Positions 1 through 11,647 of a stretch of 64,000 bases of DNA are shown here, piece by piece; the stretch's first letter is position 1; every line of letters begins with the position of its first letter. Below the pieces are notes generated by a model, which did not search any database, had not been told where the DNA came from, and worked only from the letters and a program-made list of their open reading frames with translations. The stretch is from Mustelus asterias (taxonomy: Eukaryota). Location: positions 121,396,001 through 121,460,000 of the forward strand of contig NC_135803.1 in assembly GCF_964213995.1 (NCBI RefSeq), given 5' to 3'. The position numbers and the translations under genes were made by a program.

Positions 1-220
1 ATAATCTGGCTCCTGATGTGCAAGAACATAGACATCAACACATAACAAAATACAAAATTCATAATACTCTAATGAACCAGAATAATTTAGTTTGCATTAT
101 AATAGATTGTGTTATATTAAATGTTTACATGTGAAGAAATGTCCTTCCTCTAGCTTGGCTGATCAACTGCTTTGTGAGGGGGGAGGAGAGCAAATGATCT
201 CAATGACATATTTAGTAATC

Positions 221-461
221 AAAAGAGAAAATGCAGGAAAATCTCAGCAGGTCTGGCAGCATCTGTAAGATAAAGAGCTGACATTTCGAGTCCAGATGAC
301 CCTTTGACAAAGCTGTGAGCTGTGAGCTTTGACAAAGGGTCATTTGGACTTGAAACGTCAGCTCTTTTCTCTCCTCACAGATGCTGCCAGACCTGCTGAG
401 ATTTTCCAGCATTTTCTCTTTTGGTTTCAGATTCCAGCATCCGCAGTAATTTGCTTTTATT
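221..461. mobile_element. Palindromic non-autonomous Penelope-like (PLE) terminal-repeat element
   Basis: Inverted arms ~220-314 and ~325-423. Flanked by direct repeats ATATTTAGTAATC (208-220) / ATATTTAGTGATC (462-474). The arm sequence (CAGCAGGTCTGGCAGCAT...) recurs next to a PLE RT fragment at 32905-33835. Confidence 0.8.
324..364 (+). ncRNA. Minimal type I hammerhead ribozyme motif (U3-A8 core variant)
   Basis: Stem I GAGCT/AGCTC, core TTGACAA (329-335), stem II GGGTC/GACTT, GAAA (352-355), palindromic ACGT stem III, GUC cleavage triplet. Confidence 0.65.
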
Positions 462-819
462 ATATTTAGTGATCATATAATTTGCAAAGCCTCAGAAGTG
501 TCATTTTGGAATAACTAAATGCAATATTTACATCACTTAAAAGTAAAAAGAACATAATAGCTAACTTAAATATGAACACAATTGATTTATATTCTCAAAC
601 ATTGGTGAAAAAGCCTTCACGACAACAGGCAAACTTTTCCACTGAAACAAAGTGAAACTAGTTCCGATGTTCCATCCGATATTAAATATATTCACAAACA
701 ACTAAAACCGGATGGTTTTTAATTCAGGATTTATCAGATTAAAATATGTCAGCAGGTTGCGAAAGGAGTGTGTCACTCCCATTTTCTTGCAATGTATACA
801 ATGTTTAAAAATCATAGCA

Positions 820-1130
820 TTTCCTGTTGCTCCCACTGGTGGGATCTTCCGGTCCCACCAACAGCGAACCCCGGGTTTCCCAGCAGGGGGGCTCAAACAA
901 TGGGAAACCCCCATTGACAATAGTGAGACCCAGCCGATCCTGCCACTAGCCAATGACATGCAGCCGCCGCCACAGCGAAGCACGCCATGGGGAGCAGGGA
1001 AAGTCCCACCCAGAGGGTGGAATTTCACAGCTCCATCGCGGTGGGAGCAAGGCCATAAAATTTGGCATCATTCAAACGTCCATTGACTTTGATGGGACTG
1101 TAAAGTCCCACCAGTGTAAAATTCCGCCCA
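820..1130. mobile_element. Two adjacent short Harbinger-type MITE remnants
   Basis: Ends GGGAAAGTCCCACCC and GGGTGGAATTTCAC...GTAAAATTCCGCCC. The first is similar to the MITE at 29475-29700. Confidence 0.5.
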
Positions 1131-1179
1131 GTAAACTTTGCAGATTAGCAGTATCCAAGCCTGCTGATTTCAACTGAAT

Positions 1180-1496
1180 GGGTGGCACAGTGGTACAGTA
1201 GTTAGCACTGCTGCCTCACAGCGCCAGCAGTTGGGTTCAATTCCGGCCTCGGGTCACTGTCTGCGTAGAGTTTGCACGTTCTCCCTGCACATGCGTGGGT
1301 TTCCTCCGTGTGCTCAGGTTTCCTCCCACACTCCAAAGATGTGTGAGTTAGGTTGATTGGCCATGCTAAATTTCCTTAGTGTCAGGGGGATTAGCGGGAT
1401 AAGTACATTAGCGGGTTATGGGGATAGGGCCTGGATGGAATTGTTGTCGATGCAGGTTTGATGAGCCCAATGGCCTTCCATCTGCACTGTAGGGAT
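1180..1496 (+). mobile_element. HE1 (V-SINE) tRNA-derived SINE, CR1-type tail
   Basis: tRNA-like head (GGTGGCACAGTGG...GGTTCAATTCC), V-domain GAGTTTGCACGTTCTCCC...GGTTTCCTCCCAC, tail CTGCACTGTAGGGAT. Confidence 0.9.
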
Positions 1497-1550
1497 CTTG
1501 TCTCATCAACATGAATGATTTATGCCCTTTTTGCAAAAGTAATTGATGAA

Positions 1551-2498
1551 AAATTAGTAGGCATGGTTAGTAAGTTTGCAGATGACACCAAGATTGGTGG
1601 CATAGTGGACAGTGAAGAAGGTTATCTCGGATTGCAATGGGATCTTGATCAATTGGGCCAGTGGGCTGACGAATGGCAAATGGAGTTTAATTTAGATAAA
1701 TGCGAGGGGATGCATTTTGGTCGATCGAACCAGGGCAGGATTTGTTCAGTTAATGGTAGGGCGTTGGGGAGAGTTACAGGACAAAGAGATCTCTAGGGGT
1801 CCAGGTTCATAGCTCCGTGAAACTGGAGTCACAGGTGGACAGAGTGGTGAAGAAGGCATTCAGCATGCTTAGTTTCATTGGTCAGAACATTGAATACAGG
1901 AGTTGGGACATCTTGTTGAAGTTGTACAAGACATTGGTACGGCCACACTTGGAATACTGTGTACAGTTCTGGTCACCCTATTATAGAAAGGATATTATTA
2001 AACGAGAAAGAGTGCAGAAAAGATTTACTTGGATGTTACCGGGACTTGATGGTTTGAGTTATAAGGAGAGGCTGGATAGATTGGGACTTTTTTCTCCGGA
2101 GCGTAGGAGGCTGAGGGGTGATCTTATAGAGGTCTATAAAATAATGAGGGGCATAGATCAGCTAGATAGTCAATATCTTTTCCTAAAGATAGGGGAGTCT
2201 AAAACCAGAGGGCATAGGTTTAAGGTGAGAGGGGAGAGATACAAAAGGGTCCAATGGGGCTATTTTTTCACACAGAGGATGGCGAGTGTCTGGAACGAGT
2301 TGGCAGAGGTAGTAGTAGAGGCGGGTACAATTTTGTCTTTTAAAAAGTGTTTGGACAGTTACATGGATAAGATGGGTATAGAGGGATATGGCCCAAACGT
2401 GGGCAATTGGGACTAGCTTAGGGGTTAAAAAAAAGGGGCAGCATGGACAAGTTGGGCTGAAGGGCCTGTTTCCATGCTGTAAACCTCGATGACTCTAT
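1551..2498 (+). mobile_element. CR1/HER1 LINE, 5'-truncated ORF2 RT C-terminus plus 3' UTR
   Basis: ORFs 1515-1796 (KFADDTKIGG, WQMEFNLDKC) and 1817-2416 (LVRPHLEYCVQFWSP, RRLRGDLIEVYK), separated by a frameshift. CR1 3' end GGGCTGAAGGGCCTGTTTCC. Confidence 0.95.
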
Positions 2499-3084
2499 AA
2501 TTACAATTAATGGAATTGATCACTTACTCAATTCATAATGATATGCTCCTTGGTCACATGGAGTTAATGACTTTATTTTATTTATACATGGATGGTTTCC
2601 AATGTAAAACCAAAACTCTGAATTCTAGCAGCAATTCAAATACCCTTTAACAACCAGCTATTTACAATGATTTTTGTGGTTTAGTAAGAAGATACTGCAG
2701 CTGTTTTTCAGATAGTCAGATGGCAGCCATCAGTAAACCACCAATCAGTGCTGAGGAAGGAGGCAGTCATGTTTGATTGAGAGGCGGCACATGCAACCAA
2801 ACTTGTCATTGAATGATTGCATGCTTGACCCTGCTTGCATGAGTATCTGGGAGCAAACAAAATCTCCCACACATAGAGTACATTTGCCATTTCAAAATCC
2901 AGCTCCTGGTTGAAAACATCTCATTTTAGAATTCAGTGTGCAAAAGAAAATAAACAAGAAATGGAGATTGGTCTTACCATAAATTCAGATTGGAATAGAG
3001 GATTCTCTGGGATCTTGTGACAAATGATGCCTTGATTCAGTCTTTTTTTAATAAGAAAATGAAGCAACAATTTCGAGTTTAAAA

Positions 3085-3345
3085 ATTGGCAAGTCATGTT
3101 GCAGCTTTATACAACTTTAGTTAGGCCGCACTTGGAATGTAGTGTTCAATTCTGGTCGCCACACTACCAGAAGGATGTGGAAGCTTTGGAGAGGCTACAG
3201 AAAAGATTTACCAGGATGTTGCCTGGTGTGGAGGGGAGGTTAGAGAAACTTGGTTTGTTCTCACTGGAGTGACGGAGATTGAGGGGGTGACCTGATCGAA
3301 GTCTACAAGATTATGAGTGTCATGGACAGAGTGGATAGTCAGAAA
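3085..3345 (+). mobile_element. CR1 LINE ORF2 fragment
   Basis: TTAGTTAGGCCGCACTTGGAATGTAGTGTTCAATTCTGG (LVRPHLE.SVQFW-like). Breaks abruptly at the Harbinger-derived sequence. Confidence 0.85.
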
Positions 3346-3725
3346 CCTGGATCCACATCTGTGTAGTGGGTAAGGGATCTGAAACCTCCATACATGGCCC
3401 TGGGATGGATGGGGTGGGGACGGGAGGGGATGGATGGGGTGGGGACGGGAGGGAATGGCTTGTGTGTTCTGGGGAACCAATGCCTTCCTTTTCTCAGTGA
3501 CACAGCATTGAGGGGCCTCCCCAACTGACATCAACATGAAGCATCGTTCCGGCGATCATCAATGGAAGAGGATTCATAATCGAAACAAATTAGTCACAGG
3601 TGGGTGGTGAAAAAATATTTAATTACAATAAAGCTGTTTAAATAAAAAGTTCTAACACAAAAACTTGTGAACAAAAAATGTTTCTAACTAGTGCAGCCCT
3701 TCACCTGTGCCACCTCAGTGCAACT

Positions 3726-5990
3726 ACAACCTCCTAACCTTACATGGCCTACCGCTATGTCTCAGTGACTCCCCAGAATGTACATCGGAGGTGGAGGGGG
3801 CCAGCTGCCTACCTCACCCCATTGCCTGTGATGTGTGTGGTGGGCGTCCTCTGAAGGCCCTGAACCTTGAGGGCCCTGGCCTGCTTCCAGTTGTCTGGGA
3901 TGTTTCTATGACACCTTCTTCATCCCGCTGCCCCTGAGATGCCCCGGTGTCAGGAAAGGGGGAGTTAGAAGTTATAGCCATAGCCACAGCCACAGTCTCC
4001 TGGCTGGATGGGCTCGAGCCCTTCCTTCTCCCTTGGAGTTCCTGTGGGCCCCTGGGTCACTCCATGGGACAGCAGTGCTTCTGCAGTGAGCTCCAGAAGC
4101 TCCGGCATCACCTGGCACTGCCAGTCCTGGAGGACCACCTGCATCCTACCCATGGTGGTCGAGCCCTCTGCGATGACCACTTGAGTCGGGGGCCACCTCT
4201 CAAAGGACACAGCAAGTGCCCTCTGAGACTGGGCCATGCTCTGCAACTCCTCAACCATGACCTTCTGTGACGAGGCCATGTTCTCAAGGGCTGCTGCCGT
4301 AGCCCGCTGTGTCTCAGCGCTGTCCTGCTGGGTCTCCTGCAAGCTCTCGAGCCTCTCAGCCATGGGCCGCAGGATCTCGAGAAGCCTGTTCAGTCCCTCA
4401 GCTGTAGCCTGCTGTGACTCAGCCATCGCTTGGAGCCTGCCACTCATGGTGAGGATCCCCTGCCCCAGGCTTTCCACTGCAGACTCCACCCTTGCAGTGT
4501 TGGCCTGGGAAGCATGCAAGACAGATCAGCCTGAAAGCTTTGGGACTCCTCCCAACAGCCTCGCAGTTGGTCCAGTGTGGCCGTCAGCCCCTCCTGCATT
4601 CCCTGGCCCTGTTGCTGCATCTCCAGCAGCTGAGGGAGAAGTGATCTCAGAGGCCCAGGATGTAGCCTGGGGCCAGCTGAGTCCTCGCCTCCGGCAGGCC
4701 CCCGCATGCCAGAGGTATTGGACATTCCCTCCTCCAACCGATGTACATTATCAGATGTGTTGTGCTCACCAGAGAGTGACCCAGAAGCCTCACCACTAAC
4801 TGGATCCACCGACATGTCAGTATCTGGGATGGTGAGTTGTGAGGTGGCAGCTGACGCCAAAACGGTGCCATCCTCAGAGGTCCCTTCACTCACATCCTCC
4901 GAGGACTCGTCCGAGCTATCTGGACCAGGATGGGCAGGAGCTGCAGTACGGGCCTGGAGTCCAGAAGGCCCCGGGGCGTCCGGATCTGTCCCTGCAACAC
5001 AGGACACAAGGTTAAGTGCAAGGGAGGGAGAGGAATTCGGGATGCAAAACATGTGATTCACATTTCTCCATTGAACATAGAACAAAGCAACAAGAAAATT
5101 ACATCACAGGAACAAGCCTTTGGCCTTCCAAGCGGGTAGTGACCAGGCTGCCCACCTGATTTGTAACCCCCTACCCTTCCGGGACCATATGCCTCTATTC
5201 CAATCCCATTCACAGAGCTGTAAAGACGCCCCTTTAAAGGTCACTTTCGTATTTGCAAGCACGACCTCCCCTGGCAGCGAGTTCCAGGCACCCACTACCC
5301 TCTCTGTGCAAATAAACATGCCTCATACATCTCCTTTAAACCTTGCCCCTCACATCCGAATCGCGTGTCCACGAGAAGTTGCCTCAAAGTGAGTGGAGTA
5401 ATGACAGGTGCTCACATCTTGACGGCAGCCCGACCATGCTGTCACTGACAGGCCGCATCTCCCCTTCTCTTGAGAACTCCAGCACCCGCTCCTCAAAGGG
5501 GGCGAGGACCCAGAGGTCTGGTTCACCATCCCCTGTCTTCGCCCCCTCCATGGGTGTTATGGTCGGTCTTCTCCTGTGGAGACAGAAGGAGCCATGAAAG
5601 AAATGGTGATGTGACTCCTGCAGAATATCAGGTGGTGGCCCTTCAAAGACAAGCACAGTGGGGGCCTTGGGGGGGGATAGGAAGGAGCTGCTTGGGGGTC
5701 AGGAGCTGGAAGCACGCAGGGTGTTGGGGATGGGAGGATCTGGGGGAGATTTGGAGGAAGATGCAAGATGGGGGTCAGCCCTCACCCTTGCTGCATGGAT
5801 GAGGTCATTAACTCTTTTCCGGCACTGCTTCCCGCTTCGGGGGGCCAGTGCCCTGGCACTGACCGAGGCGGCGACTTCCTCCCAGGCCACATTCCCATCA
5901 GCTCCCCTGGGTCTGCGTCCTCCTCTGCTGCATCCAGCAGCCTCCCCAGGTCGCCCTCAGAGAATCGGGGGGCTGGTCGTGCACACATTT
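3726..5990 (-). pseudogene. Three-exon Harbinger Myb/SANT-like DNA-binding protein gene, frameshifted
   Basis: Exon 1 PAPRFSEGDLGRLLDA / AWEEVAASVSARALAPRSGKQCRKRVNDL ends at a GTGAG donor (exon end 5786). Exon 2 starts at 5573 after CCACAG (KTGDGEPDLWVLAPFEERVL). Exon 3 starts at 4991 after TTGCAG and encodes an acidic/Ser region, a heptad-rich region and the basic C-terminus LRHSGRPCKVRRL*. Confidence 0.75.
5075..5350 (-). mobile_element. CR1 LINE 3' fragment inside the Myb gene intron
   Basis: TERVVGAWNSLPGEVV motif and CR1-like 3' tail. Confidence 0.8.
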
Positions 5991-7077
5991 TGTGCAGGAA
6001 TGCCTGCTTGCTTGTCCATTCTTGAGTTTTTAATGGAACTGCCCCTCGTTAGGGCAGATCAGCTGCAGGCAGTTTGGCAGAACATTCCAGCAAGTTCCAT
6101 GCAGTTTGCTTGTTAGCATTGAGGGGAAGGCAAGTGAGCACTTGCAGGTGTGCTGATGGGGAGGGGGCTGGGTAGTGGATCAATGCCTCAATGATTGGGG
6201 ACAGGGGAGAGAGAGGGAGGGAGGTGTTACACAGCCATCGGAGTCCAGAGGAGATGGGGGCCTTGTGTGGGAGGATCCGGGGTGGGGGTGAGGGGGATCA
6301 CTCTGCCTGATATCTGTAGGGTGGAGGATGGATCTCTCTGCCTGAGATCGGTGAGGGGGAAGGGGGGTCCGCTGCCACTCTGCCTGAGATTGGTGGGGGG
6401 GAAGGGGGAGGGGCCTGCAATCGGTCAGGGGGGCGGGTGGGTGGGGGGGATAAGGGGGTCATTAGTGTTGTGGGGGTGGGGTAATGTCTATGGGGGCAGG
6501 GGGAGGCATTATCCGGCCCGGGAGGGATGTGGCAGGGGAGCGTTATTCTACCTTTTGTTTTCTGTGCATGCGCAGTTGGAGGCGCCGATCGGAACTGCAG
6601 GATTTCGGGTACATTAAGCCTTGCCCAGAGGTTTGTGCAGCGCGATTCGGAATCGCTGATATTTTTGCAGGCAGAGTGCGTATGGGGGCGCCTAAAAGTT
6701 GGATCTGAAAAACTCCCAGTTTCAAGTCCGCCCAGCACTTAGAATCAAAATGGTAAAATAGGGCCCAATGTTTCGAGTCTGGATGATTTTTTGTCAGACC
6801 TAAGGAGCGCTGGAAATAGGGGGAGATTTATACTGCGTGGGGGGAAGGGGTGTATGGAGCAGTAGGGACTCGATAGGGGGCCAGCGATAGGTGGAGTCTG
6901 GGGAGAGACTGACAAAAATGTCACGGACAAAAAGACAAAGGGAATGTGGTGATGATGGCTACGAAGGGTGCTAATAGCGGCCATTAAGAGATCAGAATGT
7001 GTAAATGGCAGAACAAAGGTAGTAAGAAGTCTCATAACACCAGGTTAAAGTCCAACAGGTTTATTTGGTAGCACAAG

Positions 7078-7114
7078 CCACAAGCTTTCAGAGCGCTGCT
7101 CCTTCATCAGATTA
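7078..7114 (-). ncRNA. Minimal hammerhead ribozyme motif in pseudo-LTR (stem I degenerate)
   Basis: Minus strand CTGATGA-AGGAGCAGCGCTCT-GAAA-GCTT. Confidence 0.6.
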
Positions 7115-7947
7115 GTGGGAGTTGTGTTCACAAACAGGGCATATAAAGACACAAACTCAATTTACAAAATAATGGTTGGAATGCGAGTCTTTACAGGTAA
7201 TCAAGTCTTAAAGATACAGACAATGTGAGTGGAGAGAGGGTTAAGCACAGGTTAAAGAGATGTGTATTGTCTCCAGCCAAGACAGTTAGTGAGAATTTGC
7301 AAGCCCAGGCAAATCGTGGGGGTTACAAATAGTGTGACATGAACCCAAGATCCCGATTGATGCTGTCCTCATGTGTGCGGAACTTGGCTATCGGTTTCTG
7401 CTCAGCGATTCTGCGTTGTCGTGTGTTGTAAAGGCCGCCTTGGAGAACGCTTACCCAAAGATCAGAGGGTGAATGCCTGTGACTGCTGAAGTGTTCCTCA
7501 ACAGGAAGAGAACACTCCTGCCTGGTGGTTGTCAAGTGGTGTTCATTCATCCATTGTCGTAGCGTCTGCATGGTCTCCCCAATGTACCATGCCTCAGGAC
7601 ATCCTTTCCTGCAGCGTATCAGGTAGACAACGTTGGTCGAGTTGCAAGAGTATGTACCGTGTACCTGGTGGATGGTGTTCTCACGTGAGATGATGGCATC
7701 CTCAACCGGGATCTTGGGTTCATGTCACACTATCTGTAACCCCCACGACTTGCTTGGGCTTGCAAATTCTAACTAACTGTCCTGGCTGGAGACAATACAC
7801 ATCTCTTTAACCTGTGCTTAACCCTCTCTCCACTCACATTGTCCGTACCTTTAAGACTTGATTACCTGTGAAGACTCGGATTCCAACCATTATTTTGTAA
7901 ATTGAGTTTGTGCCTTTATATGCCCTGTTTGTGGACACAACTCCCAC

Positions 7948-7984
7948 TCACCTGATGAAGGAGCAGCGCTCTGAAAGCTTGTGG
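7948..7984 (+). ncRNA. Minimal type I hammerhead ribozyme motif in pseudo-LTR
   Basis: Stem I TCAC/GTGG, core CTGATGA (7952-7958), stem II GGAGC/GCTCT, GAAA (7973-7976), palindromic AGCT stem III, CUU triplet. Confidence 0.75.
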
Positions 7985-8484
7985 CTTGTGCTACCAAATA
8001 AACCTTATGGACTTTAACCTGGTGTTGTGAAACGTCTTACTCTGCTTACCCCAGTCCAACGCCGGCATCTCCACATCAGAACAAAGATAAGCAGAGTGTC
8101 AAAGGACAAACTGAAACAGATGTACCTAGTGGGCGGGGTGTGGGGAGGGGAGATGGTGGTAAGGGTAAAAGGTGGAGGATAAAAATATGGGACGGGAAAA
8201 TGAATCAATGGAAGAAATAAAAATAAATTGATGGAAATTTAAAAAATACGATGAAAGTGGAGGAGTGAGTTCATGCTCTAACATTATTGAACTAAATGTA
8301 CAGGCTGTAATTGGAGGATTAGTTGATGTTCCTCCAGTTTGTTTTGGGCATTTCCAGCAGTTTCTGTTTTGTTTCAGATTCCAGCATCTACAGTAATTTG
8401 CTTTTATCTTAGGGTTGCCAACTCTGGCTGGACATATTCTGGGAGATGTCATCACATGACGTCTGACCTGTAGCTGTCCCTTTG

Positions 8485-10155
8485 AATTGAGTTGATTTAT
8501 TTTGTCACATGTATTGGATACAGTGAAAAGTATTGTTTCTTGCAAGCTGTTACAGACAAAACATAACATTTATAGAGTCCATAGAGGATAAGGATAAGAT
8601 GCAGAATATAATGTTGTAGTTACCGATAGGGTGAAAAACAAGATCAACTTACTGCCTGATAGGTCTGTTCAAAAGTCTGATGAAAGGAACTGTTCTTGAG
8701 TCGGTTAGTATGTGTTTTCAGACTTCTATATTTTTTTCCGAATGGAAGAAGGTGGGAGAGAATATGTCCAGAGTGCGTGAGGTTCTTGATTATGCTGGCT
8801 GCTTCCCGGAGGCAGTGGGGAGTGTAGATGGTGTCAATGGACAGGAGGTGGGTTTACATGATGGACTTGGCTATGTTCACAACCCTTTGTAGTTTCTTGC
8901 GGTCTTGGTTAAAGCAGGAGCCATACCAAACTGTGATCCATCTGGAAAGGATGCTCTCCATGGTGCATCTGTCAATTGTAGTGGACATACTGAATTTCCT
9001 TAGCCTTCTGGAAAGTAGAGGCATTGGTGGGCTTGCTTAACATTAGTGTTGACATGGAGGGACCAGAACTAGGTGATTTGAACACCTAGAAACTTGAAGC
9101 TCTTGACCATCTCCACTTTATCACCTTTGATGTAGACAGGGGCATGTTCTCCACTGCGCTTCCTGAAGTCGATGACAATCTCCTTCATTTTGTTGACACT
9201 GAGGGAGAGATTATTGTCGTCACACCAGTTCACCAGATTCTCTATCTCATTCCTGAACTCTGTCTTGTCATTTTTTGAGATCCGACCCACTATGGTGGTG
9301 TCATCAGCAAACTTGAAAATCAAATTGGAGGGGAATTTGGCCACACAATCCTTGATGTATAAGGAGTATAGTAGGGAACTGAGAACATAGCCTTGTGGGG
9401 CACCGATGTTGATGATGGTCGTGAAGGAGGTGTTGTTGCCTATCCTTACTGATTGTGGTCTATGGGTTAGGAAGTTCAGAATCACCAACTTCTACAGATG
9501 CACCATAGAAAGCATTCTTTCTGGTTGTATCACGGTTTGGTATGGCTCCTGCTCTGCCCAAGACCACAAGGAACTACAAAATGTCGTGAATGTAGCCCAA
9601 TCCATCACGCAAACCAGCCTCCCATCCATTGACTCTGTCTACACCTCCCGCTGCCTCGGCAAAGCAGCCAGCATAATTAAGGACTCCACTCACCCCAGAC
9701 ATTCTCTCTTCCACCTTCTTCCGTCGGGAAAAAGATACAAAAGTCTGAGGTCACGTACCAACCGACTCAAGGATGGCTTCTTCCCTGCTGCTGTCAGACT
9801 TTTGAATGGACTTACCTTGCATTAAGTTGGTCTCTCTCTACACCCTGGCTATGACTGTAACACTACATTCTGCACTCTCTCATTTCCTTCTTTATGAATG
9901 GTATGCTTTGTCTGTTAGCACACAAGAAATAATACTTTTCACTGTATGTTAATACACGTGACAATAATAAATTAAATCAAATCAGTTGCAGAGGGAGGAG
10001 CCAAGCCCTGATCCACAGAGTTTGGAGATATGTTTTGTGGGGATAATGATGTTGAAGGCTGAGTTGCAGTCAATAAAAAGGAGTCTGACATAAGTGTCCT
10101 TGTTGTCTGGGTATTCCAGGGTTGAGTGTGGGGCCAGGGAAATGGCATCTGCTGT
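8485..10155 (-). mobile_element. Rex1/Babar LINE RT fragment and 3' end, interrupted by a second Rex1 copy
   Basis: ORF 9069-9488 (GAPQGYVLSSLLYSLY, KFADDTTIVGRI) and 9982-10179 ([15 protein letters not shown]). Rex1 tail at 8485-8540. Confidence 0.9.
9484..9984 (+). mobile_element. Rex1/Babar 3' fragment nested antisense in another Rex1
   Basis: NFYRCTIESILSGCITVWYG...HLLPSGKRYKS...FFPAAVRLLN; tail GTGACAATAATAAATTAAATCAAATC. Confidence 0.9.
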
Positions 10156-11647
10156 TGTCCTCCCCCAGGCTCCTGCCATTAGTCAACCAACATGTGCATC
10201 ATCATGGGGCCCCACCTTCTCAAGGCTTAGCTTTGACTTTTGAAAATCTGCTCACACTGGATAGCCTTGATATTGCTAAGGAAATGTAGCGACTTGAAAG
10301 TTAAAACAGAAAATAGGAGAGGTCTGAAGTGGTATCTATCTTTGACACTTGTGGTGAAGTCATTACATTACTTTCTGCATTGCTGCCAGGCTTTGGAACT
10401 AATGATGCTGTGTTGATTAACATATATATGGGTGACATAAATGGCAGCTAGATGGCTGGTTTTTTAGAAGAATCTCTGTGTAATTAGAACAGGTACTTTG
10501 CAAGTTTTAGTTTGAAACTGTAAAGAGTCAAGTTATTGAGTTAACACATTAGATGTCCATTGAAGGATTGAAGGACAGGTGAAGAAATCAACAACACATT
10601 TGTTCCACCAGCATAATAAGATTCTCTAATTATTAGCAACAGATGTATTTTAGTTTTACACAAATATTTAGATGTCCCTAAATAATAGCTTGCAGTGTGA
10701 AACTTGCCAAATGCTGATCATACCACAGCTGTTCTAATGCAGCCTGTTACATGAAACTAGAACAGACTTTCCTATGTCTTTGGTTACCTTTAGCATGCCC
10801 TATATTATTTGCTTCTGAGGCCAGGGCACTCAACCTGTAATCATTAGGGTTAATGTTACCATAATATTAGACTGTTTATTCAATTAGTGCTTAGATTACT
10901 GACCATCTCTTCATTCAGGAAGTCATAAGTGTCGGAATACTCAGACGCAGCGCTAATTCCTTCAAACCCGCTCTCCTTTACAAGCTCAGCCTTCTTGTCC
11001 ATATGCCTGGCAACTCAGATATGTGTCAGTTTTTTTTCTCAAGCTCTTAAAGATGTATCTCTTCCAGCAAGAAATAGAGGAACCAAAATTTACTTGGGAT
11101 GTGCAAGAATCTGTAGTGCCATAAGTATTCAGAGTAGTTTTGCAAAAAATGGTATTTTCAGCAGTAGTGTATGCTTTAATAAAAATAATTTGTGTGCAAC
11201 TGTACTTGCTACAGTACAAATGTCTGAGTGCTGTGTTTTATCGCATTGTGCAGATGAAGAAACATATGTCAGGAACAAATGATGTTAGAAAACCCTGATG
11301 CTGTGTTCCCCAGAACCACCTCTCAATGTGGAACAGTTAAGCAGGCAATCCTTATGGATCAGATTGTCTTATTATTATTCAATTGCACCAAACTAAAAAA
11401 CTTTTATTTGTGAGAGCTATTTTTGGTAAAATTACTAAAATGACAATATAAGGATACTTGTGGCATACTGGAAAATAATTTTCCTTGTGGTCGTTGACAT
11501 TTATTAATTGTAAATCAATCAGATAAACCTGTATTCACATTTTAAAAACATTTTATAAAACTCCTTTTTATTCTCCGTTATTTGCATTGTGTTAATTCTG
11601 TGAAAGATCTTGGGCTGAATATTTACCTGGGTGTGGAGGCATGTTTT

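Larger units (their letters stand above)
3350..6766 (-). mobile_element. Truncated PIF/Harbinger DNA transposon carrying a Myb/SANT-like gene; one TIR at 6749-6766
   Basis: Right end AATGGTAAAATAGGGCCC matches the TIR of the MITE at 46207-47245, with ~200 bp of subterminal homology. The left end and any transposase are not seen. Confidence 0.75.
7022..8076 (-). mobile_element. Penelope-like element: GIY-YIG endonuclease 3' part with inverted pseudo-LTRs
   Basis: Minus strand 7700->7323 encodes YSCNSTNVVYLIRCRKGCPEAWYIGETMQTLRQWMNEH...INRDLGFMSHY. Inverted arms ~7022-7360 and ~7701-8041. TSD CAGAACAAAG(G/A)TA at 7009-7021 and 8077-8089. Confidence 0.92.
6767..8410 (-). mobile_element. Older PLE terminal-repeat remnant split by a younger PLE insertion
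   Basis: Degenerate hammerhead (minus strand CTGACAA...GACTCGAAAC) at ~6767-6800. The sequence resumes after 8076. PLE-type end CAGATTCCAGCATCTACAGTAATTTGCTTTT at ~8375-8406. Confidence 0.6.

Noticed and set aside
1180-1260. tRNA genes at the SINE heads
   Set aside because: The A/B-box-like heads continue into V-domain and LINE tails; these are SINEs, not tRNAs.
10929-11282. 117-aa ORF and other short ORFs in AT-rich DNA
   Set aside because: No recognisable domains, non-ATG starts and no convincing exon structure.
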